Assembly: GCF_001194135.2 (NCBI RefSeq)
Contig: NC_069009.1
Coordinates: 2,202,272-2,238,447, forward strand
DNA from: Octopus bimaculoides
Taxonomy: Eukaryota
Length of the DNA: 36,176 nucleotides
Direction of reading: 5' to 3'
Positions within the stretch are counted from its first letter, which is position 1; every line of letters begins with the position of its first letter. Below are positions 12,088 through 24,391 of this stretch, in pieces. A program made the translations under genes and the position numbers. Under the pieces are notes generated by a model, which did no database searches, was not told the origin of the DNA, and saw only the letters and a list, made by a program, of their open reading frames with translations.

Positions 12088-12159
12088 ATAATCCTTAAAC
12101 TGGACAGACCATCAAAGGTTCCTACTTGAAGTTTGTCCATTTTATTACTATTCAAATAT
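12088..12159 (-). CDS. LRR exon L8 (class D): YLNSNKMDKLQVGTFDGLSSLRI(M)
   Basis: AG at 12160-12161, GTAAGT at 12082-12087, 72 nt. Confidence 0.92.
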
Positions 12160-13613
12160 CTGTAAAATATAATATTAGTTGATATGAATACTTAGAGAGG
12201 AACATTATTGTAAAATATATCATTATCAGCGAAATCTTTACAAAATAAGATGATGAGAAGTGTTTTCTGATAAAATGTAAAATATTGTTAAACAATTACT
12301 TGATGTAGGAAAAAGAAAGTAGATGAGGATGATGAGGATAATATTGAGAATAAAGGAAATGAAGCGAAGGATAGTGATGGAGGTGGTCGTTTTGGTGTTG
12401 GTGAATATAACGAAGAGGCTGTATATAGGTGATGGTGGTATGTTGTTGAAGCTAATTTTATTGTTGATGATGGTTCGTAGGAATGATTTTGATGACGGTA
12501 ATTATGGCGATGATGATGATGATGATGAAACGATGAGAATTTTTATAAAATATAAAGAAAAATAAAACTTCAATAACTTAATTTGAATAAAATTTGATTT
12601 GACGGATTGAAACATGATGAAAATTGGAAGAAGTTGAAGGAAGATGAGAATAAAAAGAGGACGAAAATGAAGTAAGATCTCAAACAGAAGAACGATCATT
12701 AGAATATGAAGAATAAGATTAAAATAATGGAGCAGCAGTAAAATTCTAGGAGGATGAAAAGACGGTAAAGTGAAAGTAAATAACGAATAACTCCACGAAT
12801 AACTGTTCAGAAAACCAGCTTTTTTGCACATCACTCCCTGGTTTTTCGAGCGATTTCCTTCAAATTGCACACGAACATAACTCCTGGCATATCAATTGCT
12901 CTGCTTCGATTTTTTGTCAAGGTCATCCGCTTTAAGTGTGACAAATCCGCGAATAACTAGGAACTTCACGCACCAACTGATTTCAAATTCGGGAACTTCG
13001 GTGCCTCCACTACACCAGTGCAACATTCCAGACCTGATATGTAGTGAGAGCTACTGTAGTCATGTGTTCAAAGTTACTACCTATACTCAACCATGTTTTT
13101 ATTCCTTCGTTCAACATAGGTTTGTCATCTGCTCCTATAGAGTTTCCCATTACTCATCAGCAGTTCTGTTGTTTTTTGTGTAAACAAAAAAGATCCCTTT
13201 CAAGGCCACTTTACATGCGATTGTTACACCACCAGTGTACGCATTTCAGCCCTTTTCAAAGTTTCTTAGCTCACTGTTATCAAAGACCCTGTTTCGTTTT
13301 CCTGTCTTGTTTTCCGTCCGCCACTACCCTCCACGAAAACAATTTAATTTGTGTTCGTGGGAAGAACCATTTTAACGATGCGTACTGCCTTAATTCTTCG
13401 AAACGCTGGAGTTTTAATGGTGGCAGCTGATGAAGGGGATGTTTCTATGTGGCCTGCTTGTTTGTTGCACCTTGTTTACCATTTTTGTCCTTGTTCTTTT
13501 GCCACGCCATGTACCCAGTTATGTATCTATATGTACATGTGGATGAACGTATATACATACATGTACATATATATGCATATACTCATATATTGTTTATATA
13601 TATATATATATAT

Positions 13614-14190
13614 NNNNNNNNNNNNNNNNNNNNNNNNNNNNNNNNNNNNNNNNNNNNNNNNNNNNNNNNNNNNNNNNNNNNNNNNNNNNNNNNNNNNNNN
13701 NNNNNNNNNNNNNNNNNNNNNNNNNNNNNNNNNNNNNNNNNNNNNNNNNNNNNNNNNNNNNNNNNNNNNNNNNNNNNNNNNNNNNNNNNNNNNNNNNNNN
13801 NNNNNNNNNNNNNNNNNNNNNNNNNNNNNNNNNNNNNNNNNNNNNNNNNNNNNNNNNNNNNNNNNNNNNNNNNNNNNNNNNNNNNNNNNNNNNNNNNNNN
13901 NNNNNNNNNNNNNNNNNNNNNNNNNNNNNNNNNNNNNNNNNNNNNNNNNNNNNNNNNNNNNNNNNNNNNNNNNNNNNNNNNNNNNNNNNNNNNNNNNNNN
14001 NNNNNNNNNNNNNNNNNNNNNNNNNNNNNNNNNNNNNNNNNNNNNNNNNNNNNNNNNNNNNNNNNNNNNNNNNNNNNNNNNNNNNNNNNNNNNNNNNNNN
14101 NNNNNNNNNNNNNNNNNNNNNNNNNNNNNNNNNNNNNNNNNNNNNNNNNNNNNNNNNNNNNNNNNNNNNNNNNNNNNNNNNNNNNNNNNN
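13614..14190. other. Assembly gap; others at 315-329, 872-971, 3921-4302, 26466-26565 and 33184-33664
   Basis: N runs; the two 100-N gaps look like unknown-size placeholders and may hide further cassettes. Confidence 0.98.
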
Positions 14191-14191
14191 N

Positions 14192-14274
<83 letters not shown>

Positions 14275-14531
14275 TACACGTAGAGATTAAGTAGAGCATC
14301 AAGAAGCAGAAGCAGGAAGAAAAGAATGCTATACATGCCGATACATGTTTATATTCACACACACTCGCACGCACACATATATACAGAAACTCACACACAC
14401 ACACACACATTTCAATCAAAAAGGATTGAGAATGTAAGCATAGAGAAGGACGCGACGCGAATGAGAATGGGAAGGTTTTAAATATTTAGTAATTTCAATG
14501 AAATATTATCAACAATATTAATACAACTTAC

Positions 14532-14603
14532 AGAGATCTTAAGCTGATCAGACCTTTGAAGGATCCTGCTTGAATTTTCTCGATTTTATTTTCATCCAAA
14601 CGA
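14532..14603 (-). CDS. LRR exon L9 (class B): RLDENKIEKIQAGSFKGLISLRS(L)
   Basis: AG at 14604-14605, GTAAGT at 14526-14531, 72 nt. Confidence 0.92.
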
Positions 14604-16562
14604 CTATAACATAAAATTTTGGAAATGAGATTTATTGTAAAATATTATGACTGAAATGTCTATAAAATAAAATATTAGATGATTAGAAAATGTATAGAAG
14701 CGTTTTATTTTAAAAAGTAAAATAGTATAGCTAATCAACAGCTTCGTGTAGGAAAAGATAGGTAGATGAGTATGAAGGTGATGATAATATTAAAGAAGAG
14801 GAGGAAGAGGTTTGAGTTCCGAGGTGGTGGTGGTATGGATGAACATGAAGTAGAGATTGATGACAAGAGGACGGTGGTAGTGTTGATGAAGAAAATGGTG
14901 TTGCTGATGATGGTAAGAAAGATTATGATAACGATTATGATGTGCACATGTATGTTGATGAGGATGATGAAGGGGACATGTATGGTGATGATGATGATGA
15001 TGACTTTGGTGACAACTATTGCTGATGGTGGAGATAAGGTTTGTGATTACGTTGATGATGAGCACATGTATGGTAATGATGTTAATGATGCTGATCAATT
15101 TAGTGACAGCTGTGAGGCTGGTGCTCTTTCTGTTGACGATGACAAAGCATATATTGATGACGATAAAATTAAGGGTGTTCAAGATGGAGAAGATAATGGC
15201 AATATTGTTGATTGTGATAATGGCAATATTGAGGATAGTGATGGTGGATACGATGAGAATGTCGAAAGAAAAGAGTATCAGAGGAAGCAGGAAAAACATG
15301 ATGGGAAATTAATTTGAGAAGACTGGAAGAAGATTAAGTTTTGGAAGAAGCGTGTAAAGGAGGGGGAGGAGTATGCGGAGCACAAGGAAAGAAGGTGATG
15401 GGGAGGGATTTATGCACAAGCAGAAGGGAGCAGCAAGAGGAGAAGGTATAGAAGAACAACAAGAACAACAGCTACGAGTTTAACAGGTTTTGGGAGGAAC
15501 AGGAATGTGAAAACTACAACTGGATGAAATGGGATGAGATCTAGATTATGGTCAGAATCAAGAAGGATGAGTAGACTATGAAGAATGAGATGACGATGAT
15601 GATGTAGCAAAAATAATGCAGGTGAAAGAAAGGAAAATAAGGAAAAGGAAGAAATTAAAGGAAGGAAAATAAAAAAGAGGGAAAAAAGACAGAGAAACAA
15701 GTAGAAGATGATGAAAAGAAAAAGAAGAGGAGAACCAAAGAAGATAAAGAGCAAAAGTACGAAAGAAAAGTTGAAGAAGAACAAGGAGGAAGAGGGGGAG
15801 GAGGAGAAGAAGAAAAAGAAGAAGAAGAAAAAGAAGAGGAAGAGTGAGGAGAAGAAGAAGAAGAAGAAGAAGAAGAAGAAGAAGAAGAAGAAGAAGAAGA
15901 AGAAGAAGAAGAAGAAGAAGAAGAAGAAAAAGAAGAAGAAGAATGCAACAAAAACATCAAGGAGAAAAGTGGAAAAGTAGAAAATGAAGAAGCAGAATAA
16001 TTGATGAAGAATACGATGTACAAGAAGACGAAGGAGATGAAAAAGGAAAACGAAGGAAGAAAAGAACTAAAAGAAAAAAGTGAAAGAAGAGGGAAAACAT
16101 GAAGGACAGGCTTATGAAGGGAAAGAAATTGAGGGAGAAAGAGAAGGATAAATAGGAGGAGAAGAAGACCAATGAGAAGAAGAGGAACAATGAAAGAAAA
16201 ATAAAGGGAGAAAAACAAGAACCGCTAAAGTTTATTTTAAGAAATAACGATACGGTTCATCTGGTGCAAAATATACATCTACAAGGGTCATTCAACGATG
16301 TTATTTAGCTTCGATCTACATTTAAACACCTTATGTAATATACATACATACACTCACAACCGTTCATCCATACAGATAGACATACACATGCATGCACTAA
16401 ATGTTTCCCCTCAAGTATCACGCTCCCATATATCTCACATCTCAGAAAGGCCTCCAAATTCACATTCATTCACTAAATATAAATTGCATCTATACAAAGA
16501 TATTACAGGTTTACAAATATATCGCCAAAGAAATAGTATAAACGTAGGTTGATTCAACTTAC

Positions 16563-16634
16563 AGAGTTGTTAAACTGGAAAGATTATAGAAGGTTTCCGC
16601 CTTGATTTCTTTGATTTCATTATTGAACAAATGC
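16563..16634 (-). CDS. LRR exon L10 (class A): HLFNNEIKEIKAETFYNLSSLTT(L)
   Basis: AG at 16635-16636, GTAAGT at 16557-16562, 72 nt. Confidence 0.92.
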
Positions 16635-16709
16635 CTGGAACATAACAATGAGTTAAGAAAATTTATAGAAGAAAATTGTGACTAAAGAATTGAATGATGG
16701 AAGAGATGA

Positions 16710-17190
16710 AAAGTGTATTTTTTCCTTGTGAACTCTATGGATGGCTTTATTGAGTTCACATGATCTAACAGCATTTGGACATCTTACTAGTGGGGCCAGA
16801 GTATAAAGATACTATCAACATTGCGGTGTTGATCCTAAAGCCAAATTCTCAAAGTACTCCATGTATATATTGGCTATTATCGGTGATAATGGTGTTCCCG
16901 TAGCTAAACCCCATTTTTGTCGATATATGTCAGTGTTCATACTGAACTAAACAGTTTCTATATAGAAGGTCAACATTTCCATCACGTTTCTTCTTGGTAT
17001 ACTAGCGTTCTTTTAGATGGGTGTCTGTCACTAGTTTTTCTTGAATCACCAATAGTGCTTCACCAGTTGGGACTTTGGCGAACAGACTTATCACATCTAG
17101 ACTCACCATGTGGTTGGATTCAATGGATGTATCCTTGATCATTTCTATGTAGTGGGTGGAATTCTACACGTACGATGTTGACTTTCTTGC
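16710..17190 (-). mobile_element. Decayed Penelope-like reverse transcriptase fragment
   Basis: Minus-strand fragments NSTHYIEMIKD..MVSLDVISLFAKVP, GLATGTPLSPIIANIYMEYFE, VDSIFILWPH..LLDHVNSIKPSIEFT match PLE RT motifs; broken by stops and frameshifts; absent from the paralogous L19-L18 intron (213 nt). Confidence 0.75.
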
Positions 17191-17693
17191 TAATCAACAA
17201 GGATGTTATAATAACATCGAAATTTACCTTAGGAATTAAGGTAAATTTAAACATGAATAATGTAATTCACAAAATATATTTAGAATGGGGAGCCATGAAA
17301 GGTAATCAGCGTTGATCAAGAAGTAAACAATAAATAATATACAAGATAAATTATAGACAAACAAATCAAGTTGTACACTCGTGTATGTTCATTCATAATG
17401 AAAAGAACAGACTGACAAAATTATATGCCTTAATATACGTAAAATTATATGAATTAATTTCAGAATCTCACGCAAAAACAAAGACAATGATATTCACACA
17501 CACTCACACACATGCACACACACACTCACACACACCTTTTCAGACATTCACAAAGAATTGTATATTCCTGGGGAAAGCGACTGAGTATATGTAGTGCGTC
17601 AAGGAGATTGAGTTAAAAAGAAAGCATAGAAAGACATTAAATGTTAAGAATTATATCATGAATAAAAGAGAGTCAAAAACTAATGCAACTTAC

Positions 17694-17765
17694 AGAGTCG
17701 TTAACCTGGGAAGATTTTGAAAAGATCCAACTTCTAATTCATTGATAGCATTTTTATACAAATAT
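17694..17765 (-). CDS. LRR exon L11 (class E): YLYKNAINELEVGSFQNLPRLTT(L)
   Basis: AG at 17766-17767, GTAAGT at 17688-17693; seen at the end of ORF 17690..17878. Confidence 0.92.
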
Positions 17766-18446
17766 CTGTAACAAAAAAAAATATAATGCCTAAAATATGC
17801 CAACAAATTTAGGAAAGCGACGCTGATGATGACGGGGTAGATCACAATGATGATGATGATGAATGTGATGATGATCATGATGATATTGACGATGATGGTG
17901 ATAGTAGTGGTGGTGTTTATATAAATTACGCTGATGAGGAAAGCTATGGCAATGATGATTTTGATGGTGAAGAAGTTATGTAGCTGGAAATATTTTCAGA
18001 GAAATAAACAAAGTAAATGATTAACAGTTTAAAGTTGAGAGATATTTACATATGAGTAAATTTGCTTTAAAAATAGAATTAGAAGATTGATGTGTGGCAT
18101 TCAACGTTGATCCAGAGCTAAACGCAGTAAATGTCATACACACATGGAAACAAGTTAAGCTACTATAGAACCACCCATACACAAAACATAAACATATGTA
18201 TACACATGCATAAAATATGCTGCCTGAACAGTCACACAGTCGTCTGTACTTACACACACACATAAGGACTCACAAACAGTCACATACACTCACATTGACG
18301 GGCATTCAGAAACAATCACATACAGCTCCGTTGGGGGAGTGCGAATGCAGAGAATGACAAGGAGAAAGACTGCTATTTAATGGAATGGTAATTAAATATT
18401 ATAAATGTGACTACAATGAAATACTATGACGAATGCTCTAAATTAG

Positions 18447-18518
18447 AATTCTGTCAAACCAGAAAATTTCTGGACAATTCCTACTTCAGTTTTCTTGATA
18501 GCATTGTTATACAAAGTT
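18447..18518 (-). pseudogene. Dead LRR exon (class F): TLYNNAIKKTEVGIVQKFSGLTE; 5' splice site lost
   Basis: AG intact at 18519-18520 and 72 nt open, but followed by CTAATT instead of GTAAGT; framework residues degenerate. Confidence 0.75.
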
Positions 18519-18552
18519 CTGGAAAAAAAATAATTAATTTGAGAAGAATATG

Positions 18553-19000
18553 TATGGAGTCACCCCATAGATAATGCGTTTTTTCATATTTATTTCATTA
18601 TCATAATTAAGATAAACAAAGTTCTTTTTTAATCTAAAATATACTCTCCTAAGAAATTCATATTTTTTCATTTTTTTCCATCGAAATGATTTTGAAAATG
18701 CACAATTACTGATAATCAGATGTGGAAATCTCCGGCAAACATGGTGTGTGGGGCGTCGCCTCACATGCAGATGGTCAAGCGTTCGGAATGTCATCCTCGC
18801 GTATGTTGCCGGGCATTATCCTGATCGAAGAACATCATTCATCTTGATAAGAAAGATGGTCGCTTTTATTTTAGAGCTGACTGACGCCGCTCAAGCTGCT
18901 CGCAATAGATATCCTTTGTTATCGTTTGTTCAAAGTGGACCAGAAAACTCATATACCACCAAACAAGTAGTAACACTTTAAGTGCTTGAAGACTTTCTTT
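18553..19000 (-). mobile_element. Decayed mariner transposase 3' part plus terminal inverted repeat
   Basis: TITKDIYCEQLE..KRPS..FDQDNARQHT, LQNHFDGKK, GEYILD*; TIR-like TATGGAGTCACCCCATAGATAATGCG at 18553. Confidence 0.75.
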
Positions 19001-19713
19001 AGCTTGTGGAGAAAATGAAGGGGGCGAGGAACATGAAAAAAAAGTTAGTGCAGAAGGAGAAAAGGTTGAAGAAAGAAGAAAAGGAAGAATCTGAAGAAGA
19101 AGAAGAAGAGGAAGCTGAAAGAAGATGTCGAAGAAGGAGAAGTATATAACAAAGAGGAAGTAAAATGTTCAGGAAAACAACAACTATATCAACAGGAAAT
19201 GAAGAGGGAAAACATGAAGGACTGGCTTATGAAGAAAAAGAAGAAAAAGGAGTAGGAGAAGGAGGAATAGGAGGAGGAAGTAGAAGAGGGAAAACAATGA
19301 GCAGAAGAATAAATAACAGGGGATAAAATGAGATTGGTCTGCAAGCATGGAAATAGATGTAGAAAAATATTAGAGGAGGAGGATGAAATAGGAGAAGAAG
19401 AAGAAGAAGAAGAAGAAGAAGAAGAAGAAGAAGAAGAAGAAGAAGAAGAAGAAGAAGAAGAAGAAGGAAAAGAAGATGGATGATGATGATGATGATGATG
19501 AGGAGGAGGAGGAGGGGGATGGGTGAAGGAAGCGGAGAAGGAGAACGAGTAGGAAAATAAGAACAAGAGGGAGAAGTAGCAGAAGAAGGAGAAGAACTAG
19601 AACTACAGACAGGAAAAGACGGAGAAAAAGTTGTAGGTGACAAACTATATATTGCGTCTATAGAAAGACATTACAGATTTAGAAAGATATAAACGTAGGT
19701 TGATTCAACTTAC

Positions 19714-19785
19714 AGCAGTGCTAAACGGGGAAGATTTCGGAAGGTTGCTGCTTCGATTTTCGTAATTTTATTCTCGTTCAAAGTT
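19714..19785 (-). CDS. LRR exon L12 (class A): TLNENKITKIEAATFRNLPRLAL(L)
   Basis: AG at 19786-19787, GTAAGT at 19708-19713, 72 nt. Confidence 0.92.
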
Positions 19786-20145
19786 CTGGAACATAACATT
19801 GAGTTAAGATCATTTATTGAACAAATTTGTGTCTAAAGAATTGGATGATGGAAGAGATGAAAAGTAGATTACCATCTTGATTACCTTCATGAGGATGTTG
19901 TATATAATGTTGGGTGGCAGTGATTAGTATGATGATGTGGCAGAGGAGAAGAAACTTTTGTGGAAGTGTTGATGATGATGAAATAATGCTGATGTTATTA
20001 TTTCCGATCATTGTGAAAATGATGATGATTCGTAGTTTTTGATGTGATGATGAATATGATATTGATTATGATGTTGGTAGTGATGTTTTCTGTTGGCGAT
20101 GAGGTTCCCTCTTTCTCCATCCATCCACCAAAAGCCTTATTATTA

Positions 20146-20400
20146 TTGACTGAGAGAGCGGTGCATGCCATCAAAGTGACACTGGGATAAAATATACGAA
20201 GCCCAATATACCCATCATGACTACCTGTCTGATAAGGGTACACCAGGCACATGCATCACAACCATATGTGCGTGACATGGTGATCTCATATCAAGATAAA
20301 CAGTGCATGACCTCGAAGGTGGGGCTCAGTTAGAATTTTCTTCAAGTCAAGTAGCCCATCCCGTTCAAAAGGTCCCTGAATAACGAGGTATCGAAATATC
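20146..20400 (+). mobile_element. Interspersed repeat resembling an abundant octopus element
   Basis: 'gagagagcggtgcatgccatcaaagtgacactggg...gataagggtacaccaggcacatgcatcacaacc...aaaaggtccctgaataa' recognised from memory only. Confidence 0.4.
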
Positions 20401-20549
20401 GTTCAGCAAAGTTAATTATGGCACTCTTCTTTATTTACATATTCCTTCCAGAGGAGTCATAGCAATCCTAATATTATCTATAAAACTATTATTATTATTA
20501 TTATTGTTATTATTATTATTATTGTTGTTGTTGTTGTTGTTCTTGTAGT

Positions 20550-21935
20550 TCTTGTTATACAATAGTCTTGTTTTCATCACATGCTTTCACTGCACTCTCG
20601 AGCGCAGCTCTGTGTACTTTGGGTATGTGCTCATATTTTTACTTTAATGAAAGTGTTTTAAGTAGGATGTTTGAAATGCCTCGTAGCGCTATTTTATGTA
20701 TGATATATATGTTTGTATGTCCTCGTATTTTTTTCATGATGTATTTATCATCATGCGCCTACTATAATAGGAATTTTTTCAGTTTTTAGACACCATCTTT
20801 GGGTAACATCTATTTCCATGTCTTCATATTCTCCATTTCTTTTAAAGAAACTTTCTCATCTGCTGGTATTGATATATCGATTTGACAACTGTCTCTGACA
20901 ACTATATCCGACCTATTGGCGTTAATTTCTCTATCTGTGTGCATTGGCATATCCCATAGTATGGTTGCATTCTCATTTTCTGTGTACTTTTCTAGCGTGT
21001 ATATATACTATCTTTTTCCTGTTTCTATTCCATTGTGTTGGCATAGCTTCCAGTGTGTATAGATGCCCAAATTTTTCGTGTCTGTGAATATATCCCTTCT
21101 TAGAGAGGAGGGTCAGCCAGAGATTATATACTTTATTGATACATGTGCATCTTCACACAGTTTCTTGTGATTCTTTTCCTCGTATGTTTTTGGTATTTTC
21201 TGGTGGAGAAGCTTTGGTCTTGTGCTGTAATTTGAAAATCCTTGAGCCTCTGATTTTATTCCTGTGTTTCTCAGCCATTGTTGGGATTTTGCTTTTACTA
21301 TTTCTTTTGCGTTTAGTTTAATCTAGTATTTGCCATGAGAGGGCTTTCTTGCCATCGTGTTATCATGGCTGTTGCTGCTCCAGTTTGGATTTCAGTTGTT
21401 TTACAGCTTTTGTGTTCCTTATTTTTCTTATCGTTTTTAGGAACTATGACATTTGTTTTGTATTTGTCAGATTCCTGAAATACTGAAAACATTTATTAGC
21501 TTTGTTAGTGTTTTGTGGTTCTTTGTATTAGTTTTCCTTTCTTCTGAAGCGGATATCTTTGTAGCCCTATGGTGGTTATTTTGCAATAGATTTGTAGCTG
21601 TATAAGGCATCTACCACCTTCCATTCGTTGTGTATATAACGTTCCTATGTCAAAGTTTGAGTGATGCATCCTAAATCATGTCATTATTTTTCTTATTTTC
21701 CTATCTATTTTGATTAGTTCATTTAGAGTCCAGTGAAGGATACTATAACTGTAACTTATAACTGGACGGCTAAAGTGTTGATTCCGATAACCTGTTTTTT
21801 CGCATTGAGCTCGGTTTTCAATATTCATCCAACTCGTTTATACTCTGTATGTCTGTCTAATTCTCTTATTTCATTTACTGTATCAAGTGTGATTTTGCTA
21901 CTCTTAAATAGTTTTCTTCTTTTTAGAAAAATGTG
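20550..21935 (-). mobile_element. 5'-truncated, decayed RLE-type LINE (R4/Dong-like), RT thumb to endonuclease
   Basis: Minus-strand fragments KIDRKIRKIMT..MHH..LYTQRMEGGRCLIQL, ENENATILWDMPMHTDREINANRSDIVV..IDISIPADEKVSLKEME; (TAA/CAA)n tail at 20486-20545. Confidence 0.8.
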
Positions 21936-21937
21936 CT

Positions 21938-21988
<51 letters not shown>

Positions 21989-22299
21989 GAACATATTGTA
22001 TAAAAAATTATTATAAGAGCATCAAGAACCTGTTTGTAGAAATCTATTGATTTTTTTCTGCTCCGTAAGGGGCTGTATTTGTTCATCTCGTTATCCATTG
22101 CATTCTGAAACCGCCCTATATTCTATAGAAGAATCGAACACAAACACGCAATTTTGCGCCGTGATCATCACTATTGTCATGCGCATCAGCAACGACGGAA
22201 GCTCCGTTGGTAAAGTCATTTCTCCCACCAGCCCTCCTTCAAAATGTGAATTCCTCCCACCTCATATCGTCAAACAATACGTAGGTTGATTCAACTTAC

Positions 22300-22371
22300 A
22301 GAAATATTAAACTGGAAAGATTTCGGAAGGCTTCAGCTTTGATTTTCGTAATTTCATTACGGCTCAATAAC
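22300..22371 (-). CDS. LRR exon L13 (class A): LLSRNEITKIKAEAFRNLSSLIF(L)
   Basis: AG at 22372-22373, GTAAGT at 22294-22299; seen at the end of ORF 22296..22547. Confidence 0.92.
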
Positions 22372-22857
22372 CTGAAACATAACATTGAGTTAAGAACATT
22401 TATGGAATAAATTTGTCTAAAGAATTGTATGATGGAAGACATAAAAAGTAGATTACCATCATGATGACCTTCATGCGGATGTTGTGCATAATGTTGGGTG
22501 GGATGGGGGCTGTGATGGGTATGATGATGTGGCAGAGAGGAAGACATTATTGTGAGGGTGTTGAGGATGATGATATGTTGCTCATGTTATTAATTTTGAT
22601 CATTGTGAAAATGTTGAGGAATCATATTTTTTGATGTGATGATGACATACTAAAAAATCCTATACATTAATTATCAGAAACTCATACATAAACCCAGACA
22701 TTTATAGTCACACATACACACACACGCGCCCGCGTACACCCCCACACTTTAATAAAGAATTGCATATTCCTTTGGAAAGCGACTGAGTGTATATAGTGTG
22801 TCAAGGAGAGTGGGAGACAAAAGAAAGCACGGAAATACATTAAATGTTTAGAATTAT

Positions 22858-23370
22858 CGGACGCTGACACTCGTTGATGCTGCATCGAAGAGGCCAGGGA
22901 ATAGAAGAAAGAAGTCATACACCCAACACCAGAGCTGAAGACACCTCCGAAAGGGGGTGGCCCCGCCACGTCAAAACGGTAGAGGAGTAGGGGCCGAAAC
23001 CGGACGTGGTTCCTCCTGATGATGTCTTGAGCTAACTGGATCCTAATCCATCAAGGGAAGGTATGTCAGAAGAAAGTAATTCAACAACGCGGGTTGATGA
23101 ACCGTAAGACGTGTGGCCAGAACCTTCCGGAAAATAACCATAGCGAGGGACATTCCACAGTTGAATCAGAATAGTCACAAACAGTGAAAAAAGACATGCA
23201 CCCAACACCAGAGCTGAAGACACCTCCGAAAGGGGGTGGCCCCGCCACGTCAAAACGGTAGAGGAGTAGGGGCCGAAACCGGACGTGGTTCCTCCTGATG
23301 ATGTCTTGAGCTAACTGGATCCTATAAAGGAGCTGTTGTGGTAGCACACCACGAAACATGGTTGAAATTC
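22858..23370 (+). mobile_element. About 510-bp GC-richer insertion containing a perfect 126-bp direct repeat (possible Penelope pseudo-LTR)
   Basis: 22920-23045 is identical to 23199-23324; the insertion is absent at the paralogous site next to L11 (agaattat...aataaaagagagtc); PLE assignment tentative. Confidence 0.55.
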
Positions 23371-23409
23371 CTCACAATAATAGAGAATCAAAAAGCTAAG
23401 GCAACTTAC

Positions 23410-23481
23410 AGAAACAGTAAACTGGGAAGATTTTGAAAAGATCCAACTTCTAATTCATTGATATCATTATCCATCAAGTTT
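23410..23481 (-). CDS. LRR exon L14 (class E): NLMDNDINELEVGSFQNLPSLLF(L)
   Basis: AG at 23482-23483, GTAAGT at 23404-23409, 72 nt. Confidence 0.92.
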
Positions 23482-23777
23482 CTGTAACAAAAAAGTGAGG
23501 CGTTTTAAAAAATTTACACAGGTTCGTAGTAAAATATAAAATATATTGCATAAAAATTTAAGAAAGTACACGTTGATGATGATGGTGTTGAGGATGATGA
23601 TGATGATGGTGTTTGTCATGATGTTGGTTGTGATGTTGGTGATGGGTATGTTGACATTTCGGAGGACAAGGATGATAGTGATATTATGCATGTTGAAGAT
23701 GATGCTGGTCCTCGTGGTGATGATGGTGATGATGATGCTCTTCTTTACTTCTCTTCTTTTTTATCATCTACCACATC

Positions 23778-23846
<69 letters not shown>

Positions 23847-24040
23847 ATGAATGAATGTATATATTCACGTATACACACAAGATGCTATACAGGTATTCTC
23901 AAACAATCACAAATTCCTATCTCAGGACATTGAGAATGTAAAGAGAAACAAGGATTGCACGTGGTACAAAATGGGAAGAGACTAAATACTTAGTAATATA
24001 TTCTCAATGAAATATTTTCAACAAGACTTCGTCAACTTAC

Positions 24041-24112
24041 ATCAACCCTGTACTGGACAGATCATCGAAGGTTCCTACTTGAATTTTGTCGATTTTATTT
24101 TTATTCAATTGT
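24041..24112 (-). CDS. LRR exon L15 (class D): QLNKNKIDKIQVGTFDDLSSTGL(I)
   Basis: AG at 24113-24114, GTAAGT at 24035-24040; framework L21 replaced by T. Confidence 0.88.
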
Positions 24113-24257
24113 CTGTAAAATACAATATTAGTTGATATGAATACTTAGAGAGGAACATTATTGTAAAATATAGCATTATCAGTGAAATGTTTACAAAATA
24201 AGATGATGAGAAGTGTTTTCTGATAAACTGTAAAATATTGTTAAACAATGTAGGAGA

Positions 24258-24391
24258 AAGAAGAAGAAGAAGAAGAAGAAGAAGAAGAAGAAGAAGAAGA
24301 AGAAGAAGAAGAAGAAGAAGAAGAAGAAGAAGAAGAAGAAGAAGAAGAAGAAGAAGAAGAAGAAGAAGAAGAAGAAGAAGAAGAAGAAGAA
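24258..24391 (+). repeat. (GAA)n microsatellite; similar tracts at about 1211-1270, 4653-4731, 15851-15941, 19393-19465 and 31738-31775
   Basis: Directly visible; all tracts are GAA on + (CTT on the transcribed strand). Confidence 0.95.

Larger units (their letters stand above)
14400..18650. repeat. Higher-order block B-A-E-deadF-mariner, paralogous to about 26720-30120
   Basis: Same exon class order, alignable introns, shared mariner end. Confidence 0.8.

Noticed and set aside
12790-13280. Unique-looking segment, possibly the 5' end of a Tc1/mariner element (CAGTG at about 13277 on minus; MTLTKNRSRAIDM)
   Set aside because: Similarity too weak to support without a database search
16298-16552. 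Near-identical 84-aa plus-strand ORFs at 16298-16552 and 35768-36022 suggesting a duplicated gene
   Set aside because: Explained by the recent duplication or conversion of intron sequence; the third paralog near 28400-28880 is interrupted by a MITE and diverged; no recognisable domain
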